From a virus (taxonomy: Duplodnaviria; Caudoviricetes): DNA of 64,000 bases. The notes under the pieces are model-generated. The model worked only from the letters and a program-made list of their open reading frames with translations, made no database searches and was not told the origin of the DNA. Of the stretch, positions 7,921 through 17,346 are shown one piece after another. The DNA lies in the IMG/VR virus record IMGVR_UViG_3300032017_000001, positions 21,152 to 85,151 of that record, one strand, 5' to 3'. Position numbers and translations under genes: made by a program. Positions within the stretch are counted from its first letter, which is position 1. Every line of letters starts with the position of its first letter.

Positions 7921-9213
7921 TCAAATACGGTTTGGGAGACGGCTGGGAGATCGTTTTTTACGGGAAGCCTTCAGTGGGGGATACGGGCCGAACTCGCGGC
8001 GGTCCACGACGACCCTCAACGAGTCCTCCCACAGTCGCTGGAGGTACTCGGCGATCGCCAACTCCATCGCCAGCGTCACATGCGAGTACGTGCCCTCGAC
8101 GCCCTGGAGCACATGCCCCATCCGCGCCTCGACAGCCACCCTAGGATGATTCCCCTCGTCCAGCCAGACCTTGTGCGAGTGCCGCAGCCCGTGCGGCGTC
8201 AACCCTTCCACCCCCAGTACCGGCCGGAGCCCTCCGCGGGCCTTCGCGCCCCGCACCACACCGCGCGACGCCCGGCCCGACACCATCGGCTGCCACGTCT
8301 CGGCGTACCAGTCACCGCCCCGCAGCAGCCGGCCGCCCTTCGGTGCGGTGAACACCCACTCCCCCTCAGGCCGCGATTCCAGCAGCTCCCGCAGCAGGTC
8401 GGCGAGGAACGGCGGCAGGATTAGCCCGCGGCCCGAGTCGTACTTGTTGCCGATCTCTGTGAACTGGCCGTCGATGTACTGGGACTGCTGCACCGAGTGA
8501 AGCCGCGCTCCCTCGCCGGCGTCCTTCAGCGCCAACTGGTCGCGGTGCACGCCGGCCAGCTCCCCGATCCGCAGGCCCGTGTAGGCGGAGGCGAGGACGA
8601 TCGCGTACTCGTTCAGCCCACGCATCTCGCGCGCGTTGCGGGCGACGAGCAGCACCTGGCGGGGGGTGGCGATGGTTCGTTCGTCCTTCGGCTTGGGCTT
8701 GTATCGGCCGCGACGCCCGGACTTCCTCGCCGCCACTGGGTTGTCACCACGGAGCTTCTCTGCGACCGCGTCGTCGAGCATGGTGCGGAAGACGCTCATG
8801 ACGTTGTCGGCGTAGTTCTTCGACAGACGCTGACGCAGCCTCTTTTCCCATGCGGCGATGCCGGTGGGGGACAGGTCGCCGACGGCCGTCTCGCCCCACT
8901 CGGGCAGGATCTGGTTCTTCAGGCGGAGTCGGTACTCCTTCTCGGACAGCGGCCCGACGTCGATGGACGGCAGCCACTTCTCCGCCCACTCCTCGACGGT
9001 GATCCGCCCGTCGCGGGGGTTGATGAACTGTTTGCGCCGCACGTCGACCTCGAGGCCGTGCGCGTACTGCTCGGCGGCCCGCTCCGTGTAGAACGGCTGC
9101 CCATGCTCGTCCTTGCTGACTGACCCCCACTTGCCGTTGGGGAGCTTGTACCGGCCGCGGTACCGCCACTTCTTTGCGCGCTTGTCGTAGGTGCGTCTTT
9201 CCGCATGCGCCAT
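7921..9213 (-). CDS. int: Phage integrase, tyrosine recombinase
   Basis: N-terminal arm-binding region, YTGLRIGEL, HGLRHSH, RMGH, YSH. Confidence 0.95.
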   Translation of the reverse strand: MAHAERRTYDKRAKKWRYRGRYKLPNGKWGSVSKDEHGQPFYTERAAEQYAHGLEVDVRRKQFINPRDGRITVEEWAEKWLPSIDVGPLSEKEYRLRLKNQILPEWGETAVGDLSPTGIAAWEKRLRQRLSKNYADNVMSVFRTMLDDAVAEKLRGDNPVAARKSGRRGRYKPKPKDERTIATPRQVLLVARNAREMRGLNEYAIVLASAYTGLRIGELAGVHRDQLALKDAGEGARLHSVQQSQYIDGQFTEIGNKYDSGRGLILPPFLADLLRELLESRPEGEWVFTAPKGGRLLRGGDWYAETWQPMVSGRASRGVVRGAKARGGLRPVLGVEGLTPHGLRHSHKVWLDEGNHPRVAVEARMGHVLQGVEGTYSHVTLAMELAIAEYLQRLWEDSLRVVVDRREFGPYPPLKASRKKRSPSRLPNRI

Positions 9214-9242
9214 GGTTCACCTCGCCGTGCAGGCAGCTCTGA

Positions 9243-9461
9243 TCAGCCTGTGACTGCTCGAAGTGTGGCGTACACCGTGGCCTCGTCGAGCCGCCTCCAC
9301 CCGGCGATGGTGGTGTTGAGGATCTTCTGCAGGGCTTCGGCGCCCGGCACAGAGATCAACTCATCGTCGACGTACACGTTGAAGAGGCCGCTCTCGCAGT
9401 CCTCTACCCAGACTTTGACATTGAACGGCATATCCGTCACAGCCAGAACCCGCACAGGCAT
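9243..9461 (-). CDS. Hypothetical protein between repressor and integrase
   Basis: ORF track; position in immunity operon. Confidence 0.6.
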   Translation of the reverse strand: MPVRVLAVTDMPFNVKVWVEDCESGLFNVYVDDELISVPGAEALQKILNTTIAGWRRLDEATVYATLRAVTG

Positions 9462-9566
9462 AGGTCCCCCAACCGACCACTGCGGGCGCCCCCCTTTGTG
9501 GTCCTGGTATCAGATCACATTTCGGGCGGCCTGGGGAGGGGACGTGTGCGATCAGTGCGCAGGGAG

Positions 9567-10121
9567 TTACGCGCCGTTCGCGGCCTGTGGTCCGTCGTCG
9601 TTGTCGGGCAGTCGGCGCAGGCTGTGCTCAGCCTTCCGCCACGCGAGGAGCGCCTTCTGGATCTCCTCGGGGGTGGCGTCGGGCGTGCCGTGCACGACGA
9701 CGGTCATGCGCACTCCGTTGGCACCGGGCAGTTGGATGACCTGCGAGTCCAGGAGCGGGTCATCGCTCTCCAGTTCGTCGACGATCCGCAGCGGCAGTTT
9801 CCCGCGCAAGCGGTCGGAGCCGCCGCGAAGGCTGGCTGAAACGTCGTGGACGACCGGGGCCGGGGTGGGTTCGCCTCCGTTGAGGATGGCTACCGCTGAG
9901 CCGGCCGACCAGCCGAGGTGGGGCTCGAGCTGGGGCAGTGTTTTGGGGACGCGGGGACGCGGCTTGCCACTCTCGAGGTTCTGGACAGTGCTTTCGCTGA
10001 CGCCGGCGAGCTCGGCGAGCGCGACCTGCGAGAGGTGGCGTGCTTCGCGTGCAGCTCGGATGGCGGTGGCAAGCTCTGGCCATCGTTTCGTGGTCCAGTC
10101 CGCTGTCATGACGGCCATCAT
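9567..10121 (-). CDS. Immunity repressor, XRE HTH with C-terminal domain
   Basis: AIRAAREARHLSQVALAELAGVSESTVQNLESGK; divergent from Cro; start approximate. Confidence 0.85.
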   Translation of the reverse strand: MMAVMTADWTTKRWPELATAIRAAREARHLSQVALAELAGVSESTVQNLESGKPRPRVPKTLPQLEPHLGWSAGSAVAILNGGEPTPAPVVHDVSASLRGGSDRLRGKLPLRIVDELESDDPLLDSQVIQLPGANGVRMTVVVHGTPDATPEEIQKALLAWRKAEHSLRRLPDNDDGPQAANGA

Positions 10122-10380
10122 GCCGCACAGGTAGGCAACACGCACCCACCAGATCCCCCAATTGACCAGGATTGATCGGTCTTAGGGGCGCCATTTTTGT
10201 TGCTTTGTTAGCTCCCTATTGCGCTCGCGCCCCGTGAGTACGCCTGTGCGCGCCGTGCGCCTCTGGCCATAGTTCAGCCGTCAAGTTCACTCACGGCACC
10301 CAAGGAAGCCAGAGAAACACCCAGAGAACCCAGAACGCAGCCCTTGCTGATGCCGTTTCGTTGGGTCTATGTTGGGTGTC

Positions 10381-10632
10381 GTGAGACCCAATGGAGCCGC
10401 AATGAAGGCGATCCGCGAGGCACGGGGGATCAGCCTTCGGCAGCTCGCAAAAGACATCGGCCGAGATGTCGGCTTCCTCTCCCGAGTCGAGGACGACAAG
10501 CAGGGAGCCGGAGACGAAACCCTCCACCGCTACGCCGAGCGTCTGAACGTGCCCATCAAGGCCATAACCCACAAGGAGACGACCAGTGACCAGGACCAGC
10601 CTGGCTCCCCCCACCGAGAACACCCCCACTGA
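10381..10632 (+). CDS. Cro-like XRE HTH protein
   Basis: (V)RPNGAAMKAIREARGISLRQLA; TTGCTG-18-TATGTT promoter just upstream suggests leaderless start. Confidence 0.8.
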   Translation: MRPNGAAMKAIREARGISLRQLAKDIGRDVGFLSRVEDDKQGAGDETLHRYAERLNVPIKAITHKETTSDQDQPGSPHREHPH

Positions 10633-10921
10633 CCGGCCGGCCGCCGACGAGACCACCCTCATCCTTCGCCTCGCCGAAGTGGTTGAGCAGCTCGCCGCGA
10701 GGCAGACGGCGGCCGATCTGGAACTGCGCTGCTTCACCCCGGAGCAGGCCGCCTCGATCCTCGGCAAGACCGAGAACTGGGTTCTCGAGGCCATCTACGA
10801 GGGCCGCATCCCCTACACGCGGGTCGGCAAGTCCCCGCGTCTGACCGCGGCCCACATCCGCTGGGTGCAGGCCCAGGGCGAGTGCCTTCCCAACAAGTAC
10901 GCCAAGCCGATCGCCGCCTGA
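10586..10921 (+). CDS. Excisionase-like HTH protein
   Basis: FTPEQAASILG...V...IYEGRIPYTRVGKSPRLT (HTH_17 pattern). Confidence 0.8.
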   Translation: MTRTSLAPPTENTPTDRPAADETTLILRLAEVVEQLAARQTAADLELRCFTPEQAASILGKTENWVLEAIYEGRIPYTRVGKSPRLTAAHIRWVQAQGECLPNKYAKPIAA

Positions 10922-10999
10922 GCGGCAGTGAGGCCGACCCCGCGCCTACGGGACCGGCCTCGTGATCCCCATCCAGAGCACGCAACGAAAGGGACCACC

Positions 11000-11446
11000 G
11001 TGTCCATGATCTCACCCCAGTCCGAGACCCCCAAGGTCTCCCTCGACACCGAACTCCGCAACGCCGCCGCGAAGCTGCGCAAGCACCTGAAGCACGCGAC
11101 CGACAGCCCTTGGGTCGCCAGCTCCGTCTGGTCGCCGGATGCCGTGAGCACGTCCGCGGTCTACTCCCACGCCCACCCGACCGCCACGGTCGAGTCCGAG
11201 GTCGTCGCCTCCGGCCGCATCCGCTCCGGCTACGGCGGCATCCGCGAGCCGTGGAACGCCGAGTACATCGCCCTCATGCAGCCCGCCGTCGGCGCCGCGC
11301 TGGCGAAGCTGCTGGAGGTCGAGGCCGACGTCGTCGCGGCCCGCGTCGCCGAGGACGGCACGGACGACTACGCCGCCGACTTCGGCACCGGCTACCTCAT
11401 CGAGATCGCCCGCCTCATCAACGGCGACGAGGAGGCGGCCCGATGA
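11000..11446 (+). CDS. Hypothetical early protein, paralogous motif with 31296..31652
   Basis: AEYIALMQPAVGAALA motif. Confidence 0.65.
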   Translation: MSMISPQSETPKVSLDTELRNAAAKLRKHLKHATDSPWVASSVWSPDAVSTSAVYSHAHPTATVESEVVASGRIRSGYGGIREPWNAEYIALMQPAVGAALAKLLEVEADVVAARVAEDGTDDYAADFGTGYLIEIARLINGDEEAAR

Positions 11447-12168
11447 GCGACTACGCCGAGGTCGCCGCTCACGTCGCTCGTGACGTGAAGGACGGCAAGC
11501 TGGTCGAGCTCCGCGAGGACGGCCTGTACAGGCACGTCGAGTTCAAGGCCCTGCAGGGATGGTCGCGGATCATCCTCGTGACCTGGCCGTACAACCTGCT
11601 GGTCGCTGGCTCGCACGGCTCGTTCCACTTCGAGCGGTTCGGCCCGGACACCGAGGACATGTTCGACTGGCTACGCGGTATCCGCGTCGAGCCGAACCGG
11701 TGGGCGTCGAAGCTGGTCAACGGCGCCGACAGCGTCCGCGAGTACGACCAGGAGCGGCTCGTCGCTCAGGTCAAGGACGAGGTCGCCGAGGCCGTCAAGG
11801 ACGGTGCCCCGCGCGGTCTGCGGGCTGCGGTCCGGGAGCAGATCCTGGAGAGCGACCGACTGCACTCGCGGGACTGGGCCATGCAGATGGTCTACGACTT
11901 CGAGCACGGCGTCACCTACCGCGCCGAGTGCACCTGCGGGTCCTTCAAGGACCACGACGACCAGAGCGACGCCTACCGCTGGGAGTTCTACCGGCACCGT
12001 CCAGCAGGCGACCACAAGGTCAAGATCCGTGAGATCGGCGGCTTCGCCTTCTCCGACGTCGGCGACTGGTCCCTGGACAAGGTGAATTACCACTTCGCCT
12101 ACCAGTGCTACGCCGCTTCTTGGGCCATCGCCCAGTACGACGCCGCCCGGAAGCAGGTGGCCGCATGA
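11443..12168 (+). CDS. Conserved phage hypothetical protein (DGLYRHVEF motif)
   Basis: ATGA coupling; protein-like frame. Confidence 0.75.
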   Translation: MSDYAEVAAHVARDVKDGKLVELREDGLYRHVEFKALQGWSRIILVTWPYNLLVAGSHGSFHFERFGPDTEDMFDWLRGIRVEPNRWASKLVNGADSVREYDQERLVAQVKDEVAEAVKDGAPRGLRAAVREQILESDRLHSRDWAMQMVYDFEHGVTYRAECTCGSFKDHDDQSDAYRWEFYRHRPAGDHKVKIREIGGFAFSDVGDWSLDKVNYHFAYQCYAASWAIAQYDAARKQVAA

Positions 12169-12434
12169 GCGACGCCCTGACCCCGTTCGAGTCCTTGCTC
12201 CGCGCGTCCGACGTGCGTCTGCCGCACCTGTGGCAGACGGCGTGGGAGGAGGCGGAGACGACTCTGCAGGCCGTGTTCCCGGAGGGTTATGACGTCCTGG
12301 AGGCCGGCCGACTCGCGTTCGAGTCCCTGCACGACGACCTGAAGCCCGTCGCCCTCGACGCGCTCATCTACGGCTGGTGGGAGGCCGAGCAGGACCGCGC
12401 CGCCCGCTTCGAGGCCATGGGAGGCGCGCTGTGA
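12165..12434 (+). CDS. Hypothetical protein
   Basis: ATGA coupling. Confidence 0.65.
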   Translation: MSDALTPFESLLRASDVRLPHLWQTAWEEAETTLQAVFPEGYDVLEAGRLAFESLHDDLKPVALDALIYGWWEAEQDRAARFEAMGGAL

Positions 12435-12724
12435 GCGAGCTGACGCTGATGGTTCAGGTCGACGGCGAGATTCGCCCTCTGGCTAAGTGCGTGTGGATCA
12501 CGCGGGCGCCCTGCGGCTGCCCGTGCGGAGCACTCACTGCCGCCTACGGAGACCAGGCACACGCCACCGAAGAGCAGGCATGGCGGGAGCAGTACCCGCT
12601 GAAGCGTGAGCGCGACAAGTACCAGCGCAAGGGCTTCCGGCTGGAGCTCATGAGTTGGGACCGCTACCGCGGCGAGGTCGACCTCGCCGCACGGTGCCCG
12701 CACGTGAAGGCGGTGACCCGATGA
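12431..12724 (+). CDS. Hypothetical protein (CxC, Cys-containing)
   Basis: GTGA coupling. Confidence 0.65.
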   Translation: MSELTLMVQVDGEIRPLAKCVWITRAPCGCPCGALTAAYGDQAHATEEQAWREQYPLKRERDKYQRKGFRLELMSWDRYRGEVDLAARCPHVKAVTR

Positions 12725-12993
12725 ACGACCGCCTGACACCCCAGTGCGAAGCCGAGATCGTCGCCCGGCAGCGAATTGCCGACCTGCTGTGGTGGAGCGT
12801 TCCGAGCTGCGACAACACAGAGGCGAAGGCGAAGGCCGAGGCGTTGCTGGACGCGTTCGCCTCCGCTGTCCGCGCTGAGGCCTTGCACGCGGCGGCCGAC
12901 CACTTCGCCACCGCCCAGCAGCGGCACCTCGTCAACGCCACCGTCGTCAACATCCGCCGCCGCCGCGCCAACACCGCCGGGGAGGCGTCGTGA
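12721..12993 (+). CDS. Hypothetical protein
   Basis: ATGA coupling. Confidence 0.6.
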   Translation: MNDRLTPQCEAEIVARQRIADLLWWSVPSCDNTEAKAKAEALLDAFASAVRAEALHAAADHFATAQQRHLVNATVVNIRRRRANTAGEAS

Positions 12994-13178
12994 CCCGCCC
13001 GCTCGCCGACCTGGAAATCGACTCCGTCCTCGCGGTTGAGGCTGCCTGGGAGCGCCGCTCGCAGGGCCTGAAGCCGTGGACGACGGAGGAGTTCCTCGAC
13101 GCCGTCGCCGCTGTACACGCCCGCTACCAGCTGCGCCGTGAATGGCTGCGCACCCACCGGCAGGGAGACGCCACATGA
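12990..13178 (+). CDS. Hypothetical protein
   Basis: GTGA coupling, GGAGG RBS. Confidence 0.65.
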   Translation: MTRPLADLEIDSVLAVEAAWERRSQGLKPWTTEEFLDAVAAVHARYQLRREWLRTHRQGDAT

Positions 13179-13441
13179 CCGCCTACGAGCATGACGGTGT
13201 CGTCTTCGACTTGACCGTCACCCACACCGATGTGACCGGGGTGGAGTGGCAGTGGTCCGGCAGCTACAACGCCGCCGGGGAGCCGCTGATGGGGTGCCCG
13301 GAGCGCGGAAGCGTCATCCTCCACCCGGCGCTCGTGTCCCTGCCGGACCTGTACGCCTGGCACGGGCCACTCATCCCCAACCCGCGCAAGGCGACCGCCG
13401 CCCTCTACCGGCACGTCCTGCTGTCGGCGGTGACCGGATGA
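13175..13441 (+). CDS. phiSA1p31-like hypothetical protein
   Basis: HDGVVFDL...GVEWQW...GEPLM...LPDLYAWHGPL pattern recalled from that family. Confidence 0.55.
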   Translation: MTAYEHDGVVFDLTVTHTDVTGVEWQWSGSYNAAGEPLMGCPERGSVILHPALVSLPDLYAWHGPLIPNPRKATAALYRHVLLSAVTG

Positions 13442-13584
13442 CCGCCCCGCCCGTACCGGCAGTCACCGAGCCCGACGCCGCACCCAGCCGAACACCCGCC
13501 TGGATCACCAACCCGGACCTCATCGCCTCCATCGAGGCCGGACTCATCGACATCGACGACGACCTCCTGGGAGACCGCACGTGA
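13438..13584 (+). CDS. Small hypothetical protein
   Basis: ATGA/GTGA coupling. Confidence 0.5.
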   Translation: MTAPPVPAVTEPDAAPSRTPAWITNPDLIASIEAGLIDIDDDLLGDRT

Positions 13585-14042
13585 CCGCCACCCACACCGT
13601 CCCGCACGCCCCCTACATTGCGGCCGCTTTCGACGCGCTCGCCGAAGCCGCCACGCCGCCGGCCGAAGTGGACGTCCGCGCCAGCGAGTCCTGCGGCAAC
13701 TCCCTCATGCTCGACGCCGTCATCACCCTCACCCCCGAGGACTCGGGCATTCCCGCCGCCCGCTACCCGCACGGGCTGATCCTCATCTGGGAGCACCACA
13801 ACGAGCACGAGGACGGCTGCCTGAACGAGGGCGCGGTGTGGCAGTGGGCCCGCCTCAACGAGGACGGCAGCAACTCGCTGCCCGAGCCGCTGCCCCTGCC
13901 GGGCTGGGTGATGCCCGCAATGCTCGCCGGCGCTGTCGTCACGCTCGCCCACACCGGCACCGCCACCCCGATGACCAGCGGCTGGCACCAGCACCTGCGT
14001 GCCCCCGTCCAGACCGCCATCGAGGACTGGGAAACGCGGTGA
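13581..14042 (+). CDS. Hypothetical protein (DUF6292-like, tentative)
   Basis: YIAAAFDAL...LIW...W pattern. Confidence 0.55.
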   Translation: MTATHTVPHAPYIAAAFDALAEAATPPAEVDVRASESCGNSLMLDAVITLTPEDSGIPAARYPHGLILIWEHHNEHEDGCLNEGAVWQWARLNEDGSNSLPEPLPLPGWVMPAMLAGAVVTLAHTGTATPMTSGWHQHLRAPVQTAIEDWETR

Positions 14043-14149
14043 TCTACATCGCGCCCATCCTCGGCGGCGTGACCGCCTTCCTGCTCCTCTTCGGCGAACA
14101 GTTCGCCGCCCGCATCGCCGACCGCCTCGACAGCAAGGGGGACCAGTGA
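14039..14149 (+). CDS. Small membrane protein
   Basis: Single TM helix; coupled both ends. Confidence 0.55.
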   Translation: MIYIAPILGGVTAFLLLFGEQFAARIADRLDSKGDQ

Positions 14150-14505
14150 GCATCGCGACCGCACCCACGGCAACCGACATCGCAGCCGTCCTCGACCTGG
14201 CCGCCGACCACATCACCACCGTCGGCTACTGCAAGAAGTACCTGTACAACACCCACCAAGCCGCGACCGGGCCCCCGCTCGACAAATGCGCCGTCGACAT
14301 CATCGGCGCCATCAACACGGCCGTCCACGGCACCCCAAGGCACGTCGGAGGCGACCCGCTCACCTGGGCTGCCGAGAAGGCGCTCGCCGCCCGGATCGAC
14401 GCCCCGTCGCTCGCCGCGTGGTGCGACTACCCGGGCAGCGGCAAAACGACCGCGCTCGCTCTCCTCCGCGACACCGCCGAAGCACTCCGTGAGGAGACGT
14501 CGTGA
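14146..14505 (+). CDS. DUF6197-like protein
   Basis: AAVLDLAADHI...G...DIIGAIN...AAWCD...ALLRDTA pattern. Confidence 0.6.
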   Translation: MSIATAPTATDIAAVLDLAADHITTVGYCKKYLYNTHQAATGPPLDKCAVDIIGAINTAVHGTPRHVGGDPLTWAAEKALAARIDAPSLAAWCDYPGSGKTTALALLRDTAEALREETS

Positions 14506-14984
14506 GCATCCTCCAAGACCTCCGCACCCGGGGCCGGCACCGTGGCAAAACGCCGTGGCAGCTGATCCAGACGATCGGCCGCCTCGAACGGGAAGCGGAC
14601 ACGGCCGCCTGCCAGCTGGTCGCGATGGCCACGGAGGTCGACGAACTGACCGCCGACCGCAACCGGCTCGCCGCCGAGTGCGACGAGCAGGCGGTCGCCC
14701 ACCAGGCAGCCGTCGACACCCTCACCGTGCACCGCGACGAACTCCTCGCCGAAGTGACCGCCCTCAAGGACCGCTTCGGCCCGCAGCTCGCCGAAGAGGC
14801 CAACGAGAACGCCATCACTGTCCCGGCGATGGTCCGCGACACGAGCGCTTTCGAAGACCAGGCCACCGAACCCATCCCGGTGATCACCCTTCGTGAAGCC
14901 GCCGCCGCTGGGCGCCTGGGTCCGACCACCGACCCCGGCCGGATCGGGCCCGACGACGACACCCAGCCCATCCCGGCCACCTGA
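14502..14984 (+). CDS. Coiled-coil hypothetical protein
   Basis: ORF track; GTGA coupling. Confidence 0.65.
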   Translation: MSILQDLRTRGRHRGKTPWQLIQTIGRLEREADTAACQLVAMATEVDELTADRNRLAAECDEQAVAHQAAVDTLTVHRDELLAEVTALKDRFGPQLAEEANENAITVPAMVRDTSAFEDQATEPIPVITLREAAAAGRLGPTTDPGRIGPDDDTQPIPAT

Positions 14985-15061
14985 ACTGCCGCCCCGGCCG
15001 GATGACCAACGGCCGGCCGAGGCGGCACCCAACACCACCCCTACAGGAACGGACAGACCGC

Positions 15062-15505
15062 ATGACCGACCGCATGGCAGACCGCCTGTACACCGACGAC
15101 GACCTCCGCGCCGAGGCTGCCCGCCAGCTCTCTGCGCACGGGCCGGGCATGAGTCCCGAGCAGGCCTACGCTGCAATGCTCGACGCCCGGATCGAGAGCA
15201 CCAGCGACACGGACGGCCCGACGTGGTCCGAGGCACTCGGCGCTCCCGAGCTCAGCACCCCAGCGTCCGCGATCCACGCCCTCATCAACGGCGCGGCCGA
15301 CACCTCCGAGTGGGCCGTCAACCTCGGCGCCGACGGACTCCAGCCCGACGGCCACACCCTCCAGCTCGGGGCCAAGGGCCCCGCCGCAGAGGACCCGGAC
15401 CAGCCGTTCGTTCGACTGCACTTCGCCTTCCACCCCGACGCGACGGCCGACGAACGCGACCGCTTCGTCATGGAGCTGTCGAAGGCCGTGCTCCACAACC
15501 TCTGA
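15062..15505 (+). CDS. Hypothetical protein
   Basis: ORF track frame 15002..15505. Confidence 0.65.
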   Translation: MTDRMADRLYTDDDLRAEAARQLSAHGPGMSPEQAYAAMLDARIESTSDTDGPTWSEALGAPELSTPASAIHALINGAADTSEWAVNLGADGLQPDGHTLQLGAKGPAAEDPDQPFVRLHFAFHPDATADERDRFVMELSKAVLHNL

Positions 15506-15568
15506 CCACCGCCCACGAGAAGCGCCCCGCCGGGCGAATCGGCGGGGCACCAAGCCCAAGGAGAACAC

Positions 15569-15874
15569 ATGACCCTCGACCACACGGTCGGTGTCGCCTA
15601 CGGCTTCGAGATCCCCGACACCGACCTCGACGCCCTCACCGAAGCGACCGCCGGGCTGCCCGTCGGCTACGACACCCTCGGCGACCGCGACAAGACGTTC
15701 CTCGTCACCGCCTACACGCCCGTCGGCAAGAACACGGCCGCCCGGCTCACACCCGAGTCGATGGCCGCCGCCATCCCGGCCGGCCTCGACGAGGCACTCC
15801 ACACGGCCGCCACCCGGCTCGGCCACACCGATCACGACCCGCCCGCCTGGCTGGTCCTGCACGACTACAGCTGA
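15569..15874 (+). CDS. Hypothetical protein
   Basis: AGGAG RBS; ORF track. Confidence 0.65.
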   Translation: MTLDHTVGVAYGFEIPDTDLDALTEATAGLPVGYDTLGDRDKTFLVTAYTPVGKNTAARLTPESMAAAIPAGLDEALHTAATRLGHTDHDPPAWLVLHDYS

Positions 15875-16009
15875 CCGGCGCCACAACTCCACAGTCCGGC
15901 GGTCGCGTCGAGGCCCCCGCTCCGCGACTGCCACCTAGGGCATCCAGCCCCACCAACCCCCCGGTCGGGGCTGGATGCCCGCCACCCCGCACACCCGAAA
16001 GCAGGAGAC

Positions 16010-16417
16010 ATGAGCACCGAAACCACCACAATCCCGGCCGACGTTGCCGCGCACGTCCTGTCCCACTTCGGCCGCGGCGGCTACCCCGCCGGCGACTGGA
16101 CCGAAACCCTCATCACCCTCATCGACCGCGCCGACATGACCAACCGGGCCAAACTCGCCGCCGCCTTCCCCGACTACGGGGCCGCCGTCCTCCTCGCCAA
16201 GTACGACGAGGAAGGCATCGCCACCCTCCAGCGCATCCTGCAGGGCGAGACGACGCCCGCCCGATCCGACGTGCCGCAGTGCCCCGAAGCGCTGTTCAAC
16301 CCGGACACCGGCAGTCTCCTCCGCTGCGTGCAGGAGGGCAGGCACGACTGGCACAAGACGCCGGGTGGCACGCACTGGAACGTCCCCGTCGACTCCGGCG
16401 CGAGGGACCCGTTCTGA
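16010..16417 (+). CDS. Hypothetical protein
   Basis: AGGAG RBS; ORF track. Confidence 0.65.
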   Translation: MSTETTTIPADVAAHVLSHFGRGGYPAGDWTETLITLIDRADMTNRAKLAAAFPDYGAAVLLAKYDEEGIATLQRILQGETTPARSDVPQCPEALFNPDTGSLLRCVQEGRHDWHKTPGGTHWNVPVDSGARDPF

Positions 16418-17346
16418 TGGCCACCGCGACCGCACCCGAGGGCATCCTGCTCGGCTCCTTCACCCCCGGCACCCCGGAGTGGAACGAGGCACGGAAGGGC
16501 CTGTGCATCACCGCCACCGAGATCGCCGCCGTCGTCGGTCTCTCCCCGTGGATGTCCCGCTTCACCCTCTGGCACAAGAAGGCCGGCCTGCCCACCGCCC
16601 CGTTCGAGATGAACCTGGCGATCGAGTGGGGCAACCGGCTAGAGGACGCCGTCGCCTCCAAGTGGCAGGACGAACACCCCGGACACCTCGCCGCCCCGGC
16701 AGGAACGTGGCGGCACCGGGACCGCGAGTGGCAGCGCGCCACCCCCGACCGGCTCATCTACCCGCACCCCGCCACCGAGTTCGAGGTACCGGAGCAGGCG
16801 GTTGGACTCCTCGAGGTCAAGACGTCCCCGTTCGGGGACGACTGGGGACCGTCCGACTCGGAAGAGATCCCCATCTACTACCGATGCCAGATCCAGTGGC
16901 AGCTCGACACGCTCGGCCTCGACGTCTGCCACGTCGCGCTCCTCGTCTCCGGCCACGACTACCGCGAATACACCGTCGCCTACGACGAGAACGACGCGAA
17001 GATCCTCCGCGCCGCCGCCGAGCGGTTCCTCGACGACGTCCGCAACGGCGTCCGGCCGCCCATCGACGGCGCGACGGACACCTACCAGACCATCCGTGTC
17101 CAGCCGGACGGGCTCGAGGACCGCGACGTCGAAATCCCCGCCGAGTTGGTCGCCCGCTGGGACAAGGCCTACACCGCCGTCGCCACCGCCTCCGCCGATC
17201 TCACCCAGATCCGCGGCGAAGTCCTCGACCTCATCGGCACCGCCAAGCGCGCCATCTGCGGCGACCGCCGCATCGCCTACCGCACCGTCCGCGACGGCCA
17301 CACCTACAGCCTCAACCCCTACACCAGCAGCAAGGACGCAGCATGA
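16417..17346 (+). CDS. YqaJ-like viral recombinase exonuclease (RecE/lambda-exo type)
   Basis: ITATEIAAVVGLSPW...WGNRLED...ATPDR...LEVKT...YYRCQIQWQL. Confidence 0.92.
   Translation: MATATAPEGILLGSFTPGTPEWNEARKGLCITATEIAAVVGLSPWMSRFTLWHKKAGLPTAPFEMNLAIEWGNRLEDAVASKWQDEHPGHLAAPAGTWRHRDREWQRATPDRLIYPHPATEFEVPEQAVGLLEVKTSPFGDDWGPSDSEEIPIYYRCQIQWQLDTLGLDVCHVALLVSGHDYREYTVAYDENDAKILRAAAERFLDDVRNGVRPPIDGATDTYQTIRVQPDGLEDRDVEIPAELVARWDKAYTAVATASADLTQIRGEVLDLIGTAKRAICGDRRIAYRTVRDGHTYSLNPYTSSKDAA

Noticed and set aside
10586-10632. 47-nt Cro/Xis overlap as programmed frameshift
   Set aside because: No slippery sequence; Xis has its own AAGGAG RBS.
14430-14450. GSGKTT Walker A-like string in 14146..14505
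   Set aside because: Sits in the last helix of a 119-aa protein with no preceding beta strand or Walker B.
14893-17346. 817-aa ORF in the track
   Set aside because: Arg/Pro-rich read-through; only the part from ATG 16417 (YqaJ) is protein-like.
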